Origin: Candidatus Poribacteria bacterium
GTDB lineage: Bacteria; Poribacteria; WGA-4E; WGA-3G
Length of the DNA stretch: 64,000 nucleotides
NCBI GenBank assembly: GCA_965215265.1
Contig: OZ244048.1
Span: forward strand, 672,001-736,000
Reading direction: 5' to 3'
Shown here: piece after piece, positions 9,894 to 20,387 of the stretch
Layout: every line of letters starts with the position of its first letter
Position numbering within the stretch: position 1 is the stretch's first letter
Position numbers and translations under genes: made by a program
The notes under the pieces: model-generated
The model's database searches: none
Told to the model about the DNA's origin: nothing
The model's input: the letters and a program-made list of their open reading frames with translations, nothing else

Positions 9894-11096
9894 ATGAAGC
9901 AAGGAAAGGTCGGATTGCAAAAGGTTATGATTGTTGCCGGGGAGCCCTCCGGCGACTTGCACGCTTCACACGTAGTTCCACAGCTCCAGGCACTCTCCCC
10001 GGATGTGACTTCTTTCGGGATGGGTGGTAACTTGATGGAAAAGGCGGGTGTGACGCTCAACGTTCACATTCGCGATTCGGCGGTGATGGGATTCGCCGAG
10101 GTTATCGAGGCACTGCCGATGTTGCTCCGGAAACAGATGTACTTAAAAGGTCTAATTCGTGATGAACGGCCTGATGTGCTGCTGCTCGTCGATTTTGCTG
10201 ATTTTAACATGCCGTTAGCGAGGTTCGCGTGGAGACATGACGTGCCTGTTGTGTACTATATTCCACCCAAGGCGTGGGCGTGGCGTGCTGGTCGTGCGAA
10301 GAAACTCGCGAAGTGGACAAACCGCATCGCCGCGATCTTCCCGTTTGAGGCGGAATTCTACCGAAACGCAGGAGCGAACGCAGTCTTTGTTGGACATCCG
10401 CTCGTCGATTTTGCACGGACAGCGATGAGTCCAGAGACCGCACGCAAAAAACTCGGTATCTCTAGACAAGGTGATGCACCGGTGCTCGGGTTACTGCCGG
10501 GGAGCCGCAGATCGGAGATTCGGCACATTCTACCGATTGTACTAAAGAGTGCGGCAAATATTTCGACTATCTACCCGAATGCACAGTGGCTGTTACTGTT
10601 AGCCCCCGGAATCCCGGAGGAGTTTATCACTGACTGCAGGCGTGGGCTATCCGGTGTTCCACCTATTAAAATTGTAAGAGCGGATTCCCCATTCGTAGGA
10701 GGCGAAGAATTCCCAGAAAGCGTGACATATCAGGTGATGCGCGCGGCGACGTTGCTGCTTGTTACAACAGGCACAGCGACACTTGAAGGCGCGTGTATAG
10801 GGACACCGATGGTTATACTCTTTCGCACTTCTACGTTTAATTGGTGCATTATCAGGGCGTTAAGTCCGCTCCAACAGGCAGGACTCCCGAATTTGATTGC
10901 AGGATGCCAGATTGCCCCGGAGCTGCTCCAGTCGGCTCTCACGCCGCGGGCGTTGGCAGAAGACGCACTCAGTTTACTGCACGATTCAGCAAAACGCGAA
11001 GCCCAACAGGACGCATTGCATGAGGTTTACGCAATGCTGGGGACGGCAGGTGCAGCTAAACGGACAGCTGAATTGGTGCTGGAATCTGCGAGATGA
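9894..11096 (+). CDS. lpxB: Lipid-A-disaccharide synthase
   Basis: IVAGEPSGDLH, VMGFAEV, PKAWAWR, IFPFE, FVGHPL, LLPGSRRSEI, GTATLE, LPNLIAG. Confidence 0.94.
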   Translation: MKQGKVGLQKVMIVAGEPSGDLHASHVVPQLQALSPDVTSFGMGGNLMEKAGVTLNVHIRDSAVMGFAEVIEALPMLLRKQMYLKGLIRDERPDVLLLVDFADFNMPLARFAWRHDVPVVYYIPPKAWAWRAGRAKKLAKWTNRIAAIFPFEAEFYRNAGANAVFVGHPLVDFARTAMSPETARKKLGISRQGDAPVLGLLPGSRRSEIRHILPIVLKSAANISTIYPNAQWLLLLAPGIPEEFITDCRRGLSGVPPIKIVRADSPFVGGEEFPESVTYQVMRAATLLLVTTGTATLEGACIGTPMVILFRTSTFNWCIIRALSPLQQAGLPNLIAGCQIAPELLQSALTPRALAEDALSLLHDSAKREAQQDALHEVYAMLGTAGAAKRTAELVLESAR

Positions 11097-12205
11097 AACA
11101 GGCATACTATCGCTTCATCACGGGGGAATCGGATGGAATGCTCTCGAAGTTCCTGCGGTGGCTTCTGACACCACTGCAGTGGCTATACGCGACCGTCATC
11201 TGGGTCCGGAATGGCTTATACGACTCCGGGCTGTTTCGCGTACGGCGTTTGCCGTGCCTTGTCATCAGCGTAGGTAATATCGTTGTTGGCGGCACTGGCA
11301 AAACACCTGCCGTCATCGCGATTGCAAGGCAGCTGCAGCAAGACGGTGTGCGCGTGGCGATTCTACTACGTGGGTATAAGCGGCACGTGCGTGAAAAAGT
11401 GACGGTAGTGTCCGATGGCGAAAACATGTGCTCCTTCCTCATAGAAAGTGGTGATGAAGCAGACATGATGGCGCGTCATCTCACCGGAATTCCGATCATC
11501 GTTGGAAAGCAGCGGTATTTAACTGGAAAACTCGCTTTAGCAAGGTTTAAAAGTCAGGTGTTAATTCTCGACGACGGTTTTCAGCACCGCCAACTCCACC
11601 GCGATATTGAGATTGTCACGCTTAATGCAACCCGGCCGGATGGCACAGGGCAGTTACTCCCGACTGGTACTTTGCGCGAGCCGCTCTCTGCGCTCCGTAG
11701 AGCTGATATCTTGTTATTCACCCAAAGCGACGTACACGAAGTGTCACCTGCTGCCCCAGCAGCATTTCAGCGATTCGCCCCCAATACACGGGTGTTAGAG
11801 ACAGTTCACCGGCCTGTGAAATTGTATCGTTTAGAGCCGGATGGTGCAGAAGGTCTCGCTTTACCGTTTGATTTTTTGCGAGGTCAGCGGCTCCTGGTTG
11901 TATGCGGAATTGGCAATCCGAGCGATTTTGCGGCAACGTTAGCACGCTACGCACCAGAATCCGTTGAATTGATGGCGTTTCGTGACCATCACGTCTACTC
12001 TGAAGCAGATTACAAACGGATCCACGAGTCGCTGAAAGAGACCCGGAGTACTTTAATTGTAACAACACAGAAGGATGAGCAAAAATTAGCACCATTCGCG
12101 GACAAATTGCCGATAGCAGTTTTTGCTGTCACTCTCGTCTTCACTGCTGAAGGTGAACCGCTCTGGGAGTTAATCCGGCAACGGTTCACCCTCCTGCACT
12201 GTTAG
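11093..12205 (+). CDS. lpxK: Tetraacyldisaccharide 4'-kinase
   Basis: ISVGNIVVGGTGKTP, RGYK, GDEA, LDDGFQHRQLHRD, LPTGTLRE, GIGNP, TTQKD. Confidence 0.94.
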   Translation: MKQAYYRFITGESDGMLSKFLRWLLTPLQWLYATVIWVRNGLYDSGLFRVRRLPCLVISVGNIVVGGTGKTPAVIAIARQLQQDGVRVAILLRGYKRHVREKVTVVSDGENMCSFLIESGDEADMMARHLTGIPIIVGKQRYLTGKLALARFKSQVLILDDGFQHRQLHRDIEIVTLNATRPDGTGQLLPTGTLREPLSALRRADILLFTQSDVHEVSPAAPAAFQRFAPNTRVLETVHRPVKLYRLEPDGAEGLALPFDFLRGQRLLVVCGIGNPSDFAATLARYAPESVELMAFRDHHVYSEADYKRIHESLKETRSTLIVTTQKDEQKLAPFADKLPIAVFAVTLVFTAEGEPLWELIRQRFTLLHC

Positions 12206-13075
12206 TTCAGCGTATAACTCCTGTAGCCGGACGGTCACCGGCCCAATTTCGCCCGTGCCAACCTGCCTGCCATCCACCTCGAGTACGGGGCTTAACTCTC
12301 CGACTGTGCCAGTTGTGAAGACTTCATCCGCTGTGTAAACTTCGGTTAAGGAGACGTTCCGTTCTACTATCGGGATGTTAGCATCGCGTGTGAGGCGGAT
12401 GACGGTGCCTCGTGTAATTCCGGGTAGGCAACTGTCGGCATGCGGAGTCAACACTTGTCCCTTCTTTATCAAAAAGATATTCGTTGCGTTCGTTTCAGAG
12501 ACGTATCCTTGTATGTCGAGCATAATAGCGTCGTCTACACCGGCGACGTTTGCTTCTAGCTTCGCGAGGATGTTGTTAATAAGGTTGTTGTGATGGATTT
12601 TGGAGTCGATGCACTGTGGGGGATTTCTGCGAATCGCAGAGGTGATGAGCCGTATGCCGGTGCGTGAATAGATAGGCGGCTTCCACTCAGCAAGCACAAT
12701 TAAAGTAGTACCGTATTGGTTCACACGCGCGTCCATGCTGGACGTAACCTTTTTGCCCCGACTGAGCGTCAGACGGATGTGGACACTATCACGCATACCG
12801 TTGGCGCGAAGCGTCTCAAAAATTGCGGCTTTGATTTCGTCGCACGTCGGTATCTCTTTAAATGCCATAGCGTGCGCTGAGTCTAACAACCGGTCGAGGT
12901 GCGCCTCTAGTGCAAAAATCTTGCCATCATAAACCCGCAAACCCTCCCAAACGCCGTCGCCGCCTTGGACAAGGCTGTCAAATACCGAAACTTTGGCATC
13001 TTCACGTGGGAGCAGCTCGCCATCTACGTGGATAAAAATGTGTGCGTTTCTCGCATCAGGTAATTGCGGTAACAT
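12170..13075 (-). CDS. Aminotransferase class IV (branched-chain/D-amino-acid aminotransferase-like)
   Basis: VSVFDSLVQGGDGVWEGLRVY, DSKIHHNNLINNILAK, ETNATNIF, LPGITR, ADEVFTTGT. Confidence 0.92.
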   Translation of the reverse strand: MLPQLPDARNAHIFIHVDGELLPREDAKVSVFDSLVQGGDGVWEGLRVYDGKIFALEAHLDRLLDSAHAMAFKEIPTCDEIKAAIFETLRANGMRDSVHIRLTLSRGKKVTSSMDARVNQYGTTLIVLAEWKPPIYSRTGIRLITSAIRRNPPQCIDSKIHHNNLINNILAKLEANVAGVDDAIMLDIQGYVSETNATNIFLIKKGQVLTPHADSCLPGITRGTVIRLTRDANIPIVERNVSLTEVYTADEVFTTGTVGELSPVLEVDGRQVGTGEIGPVTVRLQELYAELTVQEGEPLPD

Positions 13076-13251
13076 TGTTTTTATATTTTCCTTTCTTTTA
13101 CCATGAATACCGTAGGCACGGTTCGCAACCGCGCTGCTTCATCCTGAGAGACGATATATAGAATACCCGTTCGTAGTAAGACAATTCATTGTGGCATGTT
13201 CTGAAAATATGAAATTCAGATAATAAATAACTTTAGCACACCTCAAATCGG

Positions 13252-13977
13252 CTAATCCACCGTGATTGCTTCGACGCGGAGTTGCTCGTAATACGGGGAG
13301 CACTCATCTAGCAATGGTTGCAATTCGGCCGGAAGCGGTTCTGTTTTTGGACAGTACGGTTTAAACCCGGTTGTCTGATGGACATTCCTATACCAATGTT
13401 TTGCCCAGATACCATCGGCTGCATGCGCTCCGCGCTCCCAAGTCAACATCTCTGTTTCAAAAGGGATACCGAGGCGTTGACAGAGTTTGCGTAAAACGTC
13501 CTCAGGATTTTGAAGGAGCTGCTGTGCGTCTAAAACCGAAGGCGATTGTCCGAGGTGCTTGAACCACGTCAGCAATTCCGACTGCATTTTTAATCCAGTA
13601 TCGGCTAACGTCGGGGTACCGATGATTTTCGCCAGCGACGGGAGCATCTCACGCGGGTGGCGGATAAGCAGCAAGTTGGCTGTTTCACGCAGGAAGCCGA
13701 GGTCTATTTGAACGAGGTGGTGCGCCATCTGTTTCATGAAAAGCACCGGTTTATCACAGTGTCCAAAGATGACTTCTCGGACAACCTTTGCACCGTCTGT
13801 GTCCATCGCGGCGAGAACCTTTGCAGTACCAGGGTGTAAGGCACCGGTTACATGGAGGTAATGTGCATAGAGTGGTTCGTCGATAACCTGCGTGTCACTC
13901 CGTGAGGCGAAGGCATACATCAGTGCCGTAGAGACGTTCCGTGGGCCCGACCAGAGGCAGATGCGTTTAGTAATCAT
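13252..13977 (-). CDS. Sulfotransferase-like P-loop protein (partner of the class IV aminotransferase)
   Basis: LWSGPRNVSTALMYAF, DEPLYAHYL, KQMAHH, LLIRHP, DGIWAKHWY. Confidence 0.85.
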   Translation of the reverse strand: MITKRICLWSGPRNVSTALMYAFASRSDTQVIDEPLYAHYLHVTGALHPGTAKVLAAMDTDGAKVVREVIFGHCDKPVLFMKQMAHHLVQIDLGFLRETANLLLIRHPREMLPSLAKIIGTPTLADTGLKMQSELLTWFKHLGQSPSVLDAQQLLQNPEDVLRKLCQRLGIPFETEMLTWERGAHAADGIWAKHWYRNVHQTTGFKPYCPKTEPLPAELQPLLDECSPYYEQLRVEAITVD

Positions 13978-15605
13978 GGATTTTCTCTTTCCCTCTGTTG
14001 CGTTGAAGGCATCACTTGCACGACTGGAATCACATAGCTCCGAATCCGCACATCGTCTATCGTCTCGGTTTCTGTGCGGGGCACGGGTTCTTTCCGGTAG
14101 TCAAACACGACGTAGTAGCCCCTCTTGCCGCCTTCTAACTTCAGATATGCCGCCAACTGCTGCTTACCCGCTTCATACGATTTCTCGCCTTGCCAAATTT
14201 TCGTCTCAACGATGTATTTTCGGTTTTGGTGCATAATCAAGAGGTCTATTCTACCACGGCCCGTTTGCACCTCCAGCTGCAGGGTGCCTTGCACTAATCT
14301 CACAAAGTTATCCAGGTAGGTTAATAAGAGGTACTGTCCGACAAATTCTTGCGGCGTTTCTGGCACTTGTAGGATGCGGAACCCAGCACGCGCAATGAAA
14401 TCAGAAAAGTTATCTAACAACGCAACCATATTGAGATGCCCTGCTGCAGTTAAATATGCGGAGCCATCTGCCTCTGTGTTGTCCGGAAAGTACTCACGCT
14501 CTAATGCGTGAATCAGCGGGTGGAAAGTCCTGAGGATGCGGTAGAGATAAATCGGATTCGCAATTTCACACATCCCATCCTTACCTTCGACGAGAACACC
14601 GTAGGTGGCAAGTTCATTGATAACCTCGTCGTCCAGATTGAAATCCATGCCTTTATCGTAAGAGGCAATTTGCATCAGTACTTGTTCAAAACGCGGGTTT
14701 AGGCGAATATTGGTTGTCAGGTGTTGAATATGAGTATTCCTGCCTCGCAGCAGTTGGGTGTGTGCCTTGGCAAAGTGTGCGAGTGTCACTGGTTCTGTTT
14801 TAGGAATTCCGAGTTTCTCTGTCAAAATCTGCGCCAGATGATTCACCAAGACCGGTTGCCCACCTGTCTGTCGATGCAGCATCTCAATAACTGCAGTTTC
14901 AAAAGGTTGTCCAACCTCAGCGGTATACTGCGCGAGCAGCTCCCGCACTTGCGCAAAACTGAAATTAGGTAAGTGAAACTCGTCTTGGATATTAAAAGGT
15001 GAGATAGACCGGTCGTAGTTTAATTGTGTAATGTTCTTTACGCCAACGATGCCAACGCTGTGGGGACAGCGCGGTAAGCCTGTCAGATAGATATATCGCA
15101 GCGTTCGCAAAAAACTCCGTATCGCTGCCGATGGAATCGCATCAAATTCGTCCAGCACCAGCACCACTTGTTCTCTGAGCAGTGTGCCTAACTCTTGAAA
15201 AAAATCCAGCAGTGCCACGTGGCCATCTGACGGAGGTGAACTTAGGAAAAGATGTAAGTCATCGGATATCACGCCATCCCGTTGCTCAAAGACCTGCACA
15301 ATATTTTCATGCACTCTTTTATAAAAATCTCGGTAAAACTCATCGCGTGTCCAATCTTCGTATCGCTCAAAGTTAAGTTGGATTGGGAAATAGCCGGGTG
15401 TGTCTGTGCTAAGGCGTTTGAGTGCGGCACGGAAGAAAGTCGTTTTGCCCGTCTGCCGCGGTGCGAAGAGCACGATATAGCGCCCCTCTTTCACGCGCAT
15501 CACGAAATCTGCCAACTCCTCTTGCCTAGAGACGACGTAATGCCGGTCGGGTGAAACGGGTCCACGGGTTTCAAAGTACCTAAACATATCGTGCTGTAGT
15601 GTCAT
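13974..15605 (-). CDS. AAA ATPase with C-terminal PD-(D/E)XK-like nuclease domain
   Basis: Walker A APRQTGKTT, Walker B LVLDEFD, SPFNI, TGGQPVLV; C-terminal EVQTGRGRIDLLI..YIVETKIW..QLAAYL. Confidence 0.85.
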   Translation of the reverse strand: MTLQHDMFRYFETRGPVSPDRHYVVSRQEELADFVMRVKEGRYIVLFAPRQTGKTTFFRAALKRLSTDTPGYFPIQLNFERYEDWTRDEFYRDFYKRVHENIVQVFEQRDGVISDDLHLFLSSPPSDGHVALLDFFQELGTLLREQVVLVLDEFDAIPSAAIRSFLRTLRYIYLTGLPRCPHSVGIVGVKNITQLNYDRSISPFNIQDEFHLPNFSFAQVRELLAQYTAEVGQPFETAVIEMLHRQTGGQPVLVNHLAQILTEKLGIPKTEPVTLAHFAKAHTQLLRGRNTHIQHLTTNIRLNPRFEQVLMQIASYDKGMDFNLDDEVINELATYGVLVEGKDGMCEIANPIYLYRILRTFHPLIHALEREYFPDNTEADGSAYLTAAGHLNMVALLDNFSDFIARAGFRILQVPETPQEFVGQYLLLTYLDNFVRLVQGTLQLEVQTGRGRIDLLIMHQNRKYIVETKIWQGEKSYEAGKQQLAAYLKLEGGKRGYYVVFDYRKEPVPRTETETIDDVRIRSYVIPVVQVMPSTQQRERENP

Positions 15606-16123
15606 CTGTTTCGTTCCTATTGGCTGCTACAGAATTGTCTAACCTTACGTATCATTATAACATATTTTTCGAAAAAAGACACGGTAGGAGCGATCTCCTG
15701 AGCCCGATGCCCGGCGGTATGCCTCTACTTCCCTTTTCAGGATTGCAATTACGCATAAGTTTTTGGACCACCGGCGAGAGGGTTAGATATCTTTTGTCAC
15801 CGGATGCAAAGCAGATTTCTTCCACCTTTCATTGTGGAACCTTTTCTCTGGTGTCTAACACGTTTCAGTTATAAAGCACGCTAAAACTTAGCGCCATGGT
15901 ACATGTCATCCGATGAAAATGGCGCTTAGCTCTCTCTTTCACAATTTGTAGGTAGTAGTAAATTAATAAGGGTACAAAGGGGTTAAAAAACGAAAAACGA
16001 AGCTGCTTAAACCCACTAAATCCCGTTTATCAAATGGACTCTGATTGCGCCGGCGTGCGATGCGTGCATGCGACTTGATAATGTCCAAGTAATTGTAAAA
16101 TCTACCATAAACGCCTCGCGGTT

Positions 16124-17746
16124 CTACTTCTCTTCCAAACCTGCCGCGTGGCGACCTGCAGCCGGATCCCCTGCAGCATAGTACATCCCTATCTCTTCAG
16201 CAATATAGAGCATCACCGGTGCAGCGATTGCAGATGCCTTTGCTGTAATCCGATGTCCGCGTGTAGCGAGTTCTTGCTGAACGTCTGCGCTCACACTGTC
16301 GTTGATAGTCAAGGAGCCTGCATGCTTGAAGGTCTGGACACGGTCGGGATTTGGGTCGAACGAATCTTGGTGATGCGCGGTGGCGAAACGGGGGGCCGTC
16401 ACAGCGGTTTCAGGTAGCATGCCAAATTCAATGAAATTGAGCAGCAAATTTATCGTTGCTTGGTCTTGCAAATCGCCACCGGCAACACTGATTGCTAAAA
16501 TCGGGGCACCCGCCTTGAGCACTAGCGTTGGGGTTAACGTAATTCTGGGCCGTTTTCCAGGCTGGATGCAGTTTGGATGCCCGGGGGTTGTATTGAGGCT
16601 CCGTAAGCGGTTGCCGTAACTGACCCCAGCCTTGCCTCCGATTTCTTCTTCGTGATGAACGTTAGCACTCGGTGTTGCTGCGACAACATTGCCCCACCGG
16701 TCGGCAACCACGCAGGTTGTTGTCCCGCCAACGCCGGGTCGAAATATACCACCGGTTTTGAGCGGCTCCATCTTCTCTGCATCACCGGGGCGTGCTTCGT
16801 GTGCTGCCTTTTTCATATCAATTAAAGGTCTACGAATTTCTGTGTAGACATCGGAAAGTAGTACAGATAACGGAACATCGACAAAGTCCGGATCTCCGTA
16901 GTATTCATCCCGATCCGCCATTGCCAGTTTTAGTGCTTCTATGACAACATGGATGTAGTCTGCTGAGACGTGTCCCATGTCTTTGAGTTCAAAGCCTTCT
17001 AACAGACGTAACGCCTGACAGAGATAGGGTCCTTGTGTCCATGGACCACACTTGCACACCGTGTATCCTCGGTAGTCTGCCATTACTGCATCCTCAATAC
17101 GTGTCACATGCGCAGCAAGGTCTGCTTTACGGAGGAAACCGCCCTTTTCAATGTAAAAGTTTTCGAGTTCATCGGCAATATCGGAATTAACGTCGTTTCG
17201 TCCGTAGAAACGATCGCTGGCAGCTTGCACTTTCTGCTCGCGGCTTCCGGATGTTTTCTTTTCCTCTTCGACCATCCGCTGTAGCGTGCGTGCGAGTTTT
17301 GGGTGCCAGTCCGCCTCGCCGGCCTCTAATAGAGCAAGGGTGGGGGCTACAATTTCCTCAAACGTCTTGGTGCCATATCGCTTAAGCGTAGTGGTGCATA
17401 GATCTACAACTGAGGGAACCGGTGCCATTTTAATGTCACCGTTGGGGATGCCGTGTTTCATGTACCAATCAATAGCGGTTTGTGAAAGCGGGGCAGCGCC
17501 TTGACCTGAAAGGGATTTCACTTCCTGCTTTTCCGCGTCAAAGATAAGTAGGGGCACTTCACCTCCGATAGAACAAGCACCGTGGTCTGTGACATTGAGT
17601 GCAAGAATCGTTCCGGCTGCTGCATCTGCCGCATTTCCACCCGATTCCAGAATTTCGATTCCTGCAGCGACTGCCTTTGCACCACCGGCGGCGACAATCC
17701 CGGTTTTGCTAACGGCTTTCCATCCAATCTGTTGTCTGTTTGGCAT
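16124..17746 (-). CDS. ggt: Gamma-glutamyltransferase family protein
   Basis: GGNAADAA, ADRDEYYGDPDF, nucleophile TTTCVVADRWGN, PGKRPRITLTP, GGDLQDQ. Confidence 0.9.
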   Translation of the reverse strand: MPNRQQIGWKAVSKTGIVAAGGAKAVAAGIEILESGGNAADAAAGTILALNVTDHGACSIGGEVPLLIFDAEKQEVKSLSGQGAAPLSQTAIDWYMKHGIPNGDIKMAPVPSVVDLCTTTLKRYGTKTFEEIVAPTLALLEAGEADWHPKLARTLQRMVEEEKKTSGSREQKVQAASDRFYGRNDVNSDIADELENFYIEKGGFLRKADLAAHVTRIEDAVMADYRGYTVCKCGPWTQGPYLCQALRLLEGFELKDMGHVSADYIHVVIEALKLAMADRDEYYGDPDFVDVPLSVLLSDVYTEIRRPLIDMKKAAHEARPGDAEKMEPLKTGGIFRPGVGGTTTCVVADRWGNVVAATPSANVHHEEEIGGKAGVSYGNRLRSLNTTPGHPNCIQPGKRPRITLTPTLVLKAGAPILAISVAGGDLQDQATINLLLNFIEFGMLPETAVTAPRFATAHHQDSFDPNPDRVQTFKHAGSLTINDSVSADVQQELATRGHRITAKASAIAAPVMLYIAEEIGMYYAAGDPAAGRHAAGLEEK

Positions 17747-17931
17747 GGATTTTTCCTTTGTTGAATTAATTCTTTGCAATTTAGAGCATAGCACAGGATT
17801 GTAACTTGTGCAATACTTAAAGTGACAACGGTACTAAGATGCTTTGCTTGTTCTCGAAGTTTTAATCGGTTGCATCATGAAAGGAATTCGGTTAAAATAG
17901 GGTTCATGCAGCAAATGAGATATATTTTGAC

Positions 17932-18543
17932 GTGGTGTTAGATTCGTTTTTTTTGGGCGATTCAGTGAAAATTCCAAATATCGTTATCATCGGTGACAAA
18001 TCGCAGGCAGGAACTTATGTGCTGTGGATCCGTCTAGAAGAAGACGTTTGTTTAAGTTTCGGCAGATTCAAGAGAGGTAAACTGATTTCACTGCACGCCG
18101 GTGCCTATATCTACGTCGGTTCAGCGCTCTCAAAAAAAGGCGCGACTTCATTGGCACGACGGCTCAGCCGCCACGCAACCCGAAGTGGGGCAAAACCTCC
18201 ACATCGCATCCGCGACATAATGATAAATCAATTTGCTGAGCGTGGTTTGGGAAATGGGAATCTATTGCCAAAACGCGGCAAAACTTTATATTGGAACATT
18301 GACTTTCTCTTGGACTTGCAGTCGGCAGAGATTGAACGTCTCATCGCGATTCGTTCCCCGGAACGATTGGAACAGAAACTCGCTAAATGGTTAGAGGAAG
18401 AACGACAAACACAAGTTATTGAACGAGGCATCGGTGCGAATGATACGCCCGGCAATACACACCTGTTGCACGTCTGTGCAGATAACGTATGGTGGGAATC
18501 GCTTGTGAAAAACGTGGACAGGATTGTTAACGGGAACCCCTAA
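17932..18543 (+). CDS. DUF123 / GIY-YIG-like nuclease
   Basis: GTYVL, GAYIYVGSA, RRLSRH, WNIDFLL, GIGAND..THL. Confidence 0.75.
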   Translation: MVLDSFFLGDSVKIPNIVIIGDKSQAGTYVLWIRLEEDVCLSFGRFKRGKLISLHAGAYIYVGSALSKKGATSLARRLSRHATRSGAKPPHRIRDIMINQFAERGLGNGNLLPKRGKTLYWNIDFLLDLQSAEIERLIAIRSPERLEQKLAKWLEEERQTQVIERGIGANDTPGNTHLLHVCADNVWWESLVKNVDRIVNGNP

Positions 18544-18646
18544 GCTTAAAGAACATTAAAATATCCGAGAAAAGTGGCAGGATAGGTATCTTTGTCTGTC
18601 CATGAGACAAGATAACCTTTTACCTGCCACCCACTGGGAGGTGACT

Positions 18647-19762
18647 ATGCACGACCCACGGCTTGATAAACTTGCAAACGTGCTCACGACTCACTCCACT
18701 AAAGTCCAAACCGGTGAATTTGTGCTTATCGAAGGTATTGACATCCCGCAAGAAATGGTCATTGCCCTTATCCGTGCGGTGCGGAAAGCCGGAGGAATTC
18801 CGCTCGTTGAACTGAAGCAAAACCGTATCCAACGTGAAATCATCCTCGGTGGTGATGACGCAGGAATAAAACGAGTTGGTGAATATGAAAGGTATCGTAT
18901 GGAACACGTGCAGGCTTACATCGGCATACGCGGCAGCCATAACATTACAGAGATGTCCGACGTGCCGGCGACAGCAATGCAGCGTTATGAAAAACTGTGG
19001 TTCATGCCTGTTCACATTGATATCCGCGTGCCAAAGACAAAATGGGTTGTCCTCCGGTGGCCCCTGCCGTCAATGGCACAACAGGCAAATATGAGCACAG
19101 AGGCGTTTGAGGATTTCTATTTTAAAGTTTGCACGCTTGACTACAGCCGAATGGCACGTGCCATGTCACCCCTCAAAGCGCTCATGGAGGCGACAGACGA
19201 AGTCCATATAGTCGGCAAAGGCACTGATTTGCGATTCAGCATCAAGGATATTCCCGTTATTCCATGTGCTGGTGAGAAAAATATCCCTGACGGTGAGTGC
19301 TTTACTGCGCCAGTGCGGGATTCTGTCAACGGCACGATCCATTTCAATACACCCACAATCTATCAAGGGACCCCCTTTACTGACATCCGGCTCCGCTTTG
19401 AAAAGGGTAAAATCGTGGAGGCATTAGCGAACAACAGCGACAGGCTGAATCAGATCCTCAATACGGACGAAGGTGCACGTTATATCGGCGAGTTTTCTAT
19501 TGCGTTCAACCCGTACATCACCAATCCGATGCTTGATATTCTGTTTGACGAAAAGATTGCCGGTTCATTTCATTTCACCCCCGGGCAGGCTTACGAGGAA
19601 GCAGATAACGGAGTCCATTCCGCTGTGCATTGGGATATGGTAATGATTCAAACGCCGGCACATGGGGGCGGGGAAATGTATTTCGACGGAAATCTCATTC
19701 GGAAGGACGGACGATTTGTGCATTCAGAATTGGAAGCGTTAAATCCGGAGCACTTGAAATGA
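18647..19762 (+). CDS. Aminopeptidase, M29 (AmpS/AmpT) family
   Basis: [46 protein letters not shown]; GGAGG RBS before 18647. Confidence 0.92.
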   Translation: MHDPRLDKLANVLTTHSTKVQTGEFVLIEGIDIPQEMVIALIRAVRKAGGIPLVELKQNRIQREIILGGDDAGIKRVGEYERYRMEHVQAYIGIRGSHNITEMSDVPATAMQRYEKLWFMPVHIDIRVPKTKWVVLRWPLPSMAQQANMSTEAFEDFYFKVCTLDYSRMARAMSPLKALMEATDEVHIVGKGTDLRFSIKDIPVIPCAGEKNIPDGECFTAPVRDSVNGTIHFNTPTIYQGTPFTDIRLRFEKGKIVEALANNSDRLNQILNTDEGARYIGEFSIAFNPYITNPMLDILFDEKIAGSFHFTPGQAYEEADNGVHSAVHWDMVMIQTPAHGGGEMYFDGNLIRKDGRFVHSELEALNPEHLK

Positions 19763-20241
19763 GCAGGAAACAACATAGGGTATACGGAGATCCGCGGCGG
19801 TTTGAAGTTGTCGCCGATTTCATCGCCGAGCGATACGGCAATACGATTCATTGCATTGCCGACGTTGCTGGTGGAAAAGGGATATTGACGCGCCTTCTCA
19901 CCAAGAAGAAAAACTTTGCCTGTGAACTCATTGACCCGCGCCAGACAGTGCTCAAAGGTATTAATCATCGGCCCAAGCAATTTGAACCTGAGATGGCAGA
20001 TTACTACGACCTATTAGTCGGCCTACATCCAGATGGTGCATTACGTCAATTAGGAGAGGCGGCACTTATTCGACCAGCTGTGATAATTCCATGTTGCAAT
20101 TTCTGGGATGAACAGCGCCGGGGGCAGTATGCGTTATTGACAGTAATTGAGAATTTCTATCGTCAGCATTCGGTCCGGTTTGAGCGAATTGAATTAGACT
20201 TCAGTGGACCGAAAAATATCGCTATTGTATCCGAACCGTGA
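19759..20241 (+). CDS. Small putative SAM-dependent methyltransferase
   Basis: ADVAGGKG (motif I), LIDPR, VGLHPD, IIPCC; ATGA overlap with the aminopeptidase stop. Confidence 0.65.
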   Translation: MSRKQHRVYGDPRRFEVVADFIAERYGNTIHCIADVAGGKGILTRLLTKKKNFACELIDPRQTVLKGINHRPKQFEPEMADYYDLLVGLHPDGALRQLGEAALIRPAVIIPCCNFWDEQRRGQYALLTVIENFYRQHSVRFERIELDFSGPKNIAIVSEP

Positions 20242-20387
20242 ATAGGCAGCATACGCTGCTGGTTCTCCGACCATCACATAAACACGGATAACATGGCGTG
20301 TTTGCCCTCAGATAGTAGATCTCTCGTGAAATTGTGCTGTTAAGCAATTTTAGATCTTAATATAGATGTAAAAGATTAAACCAACTT

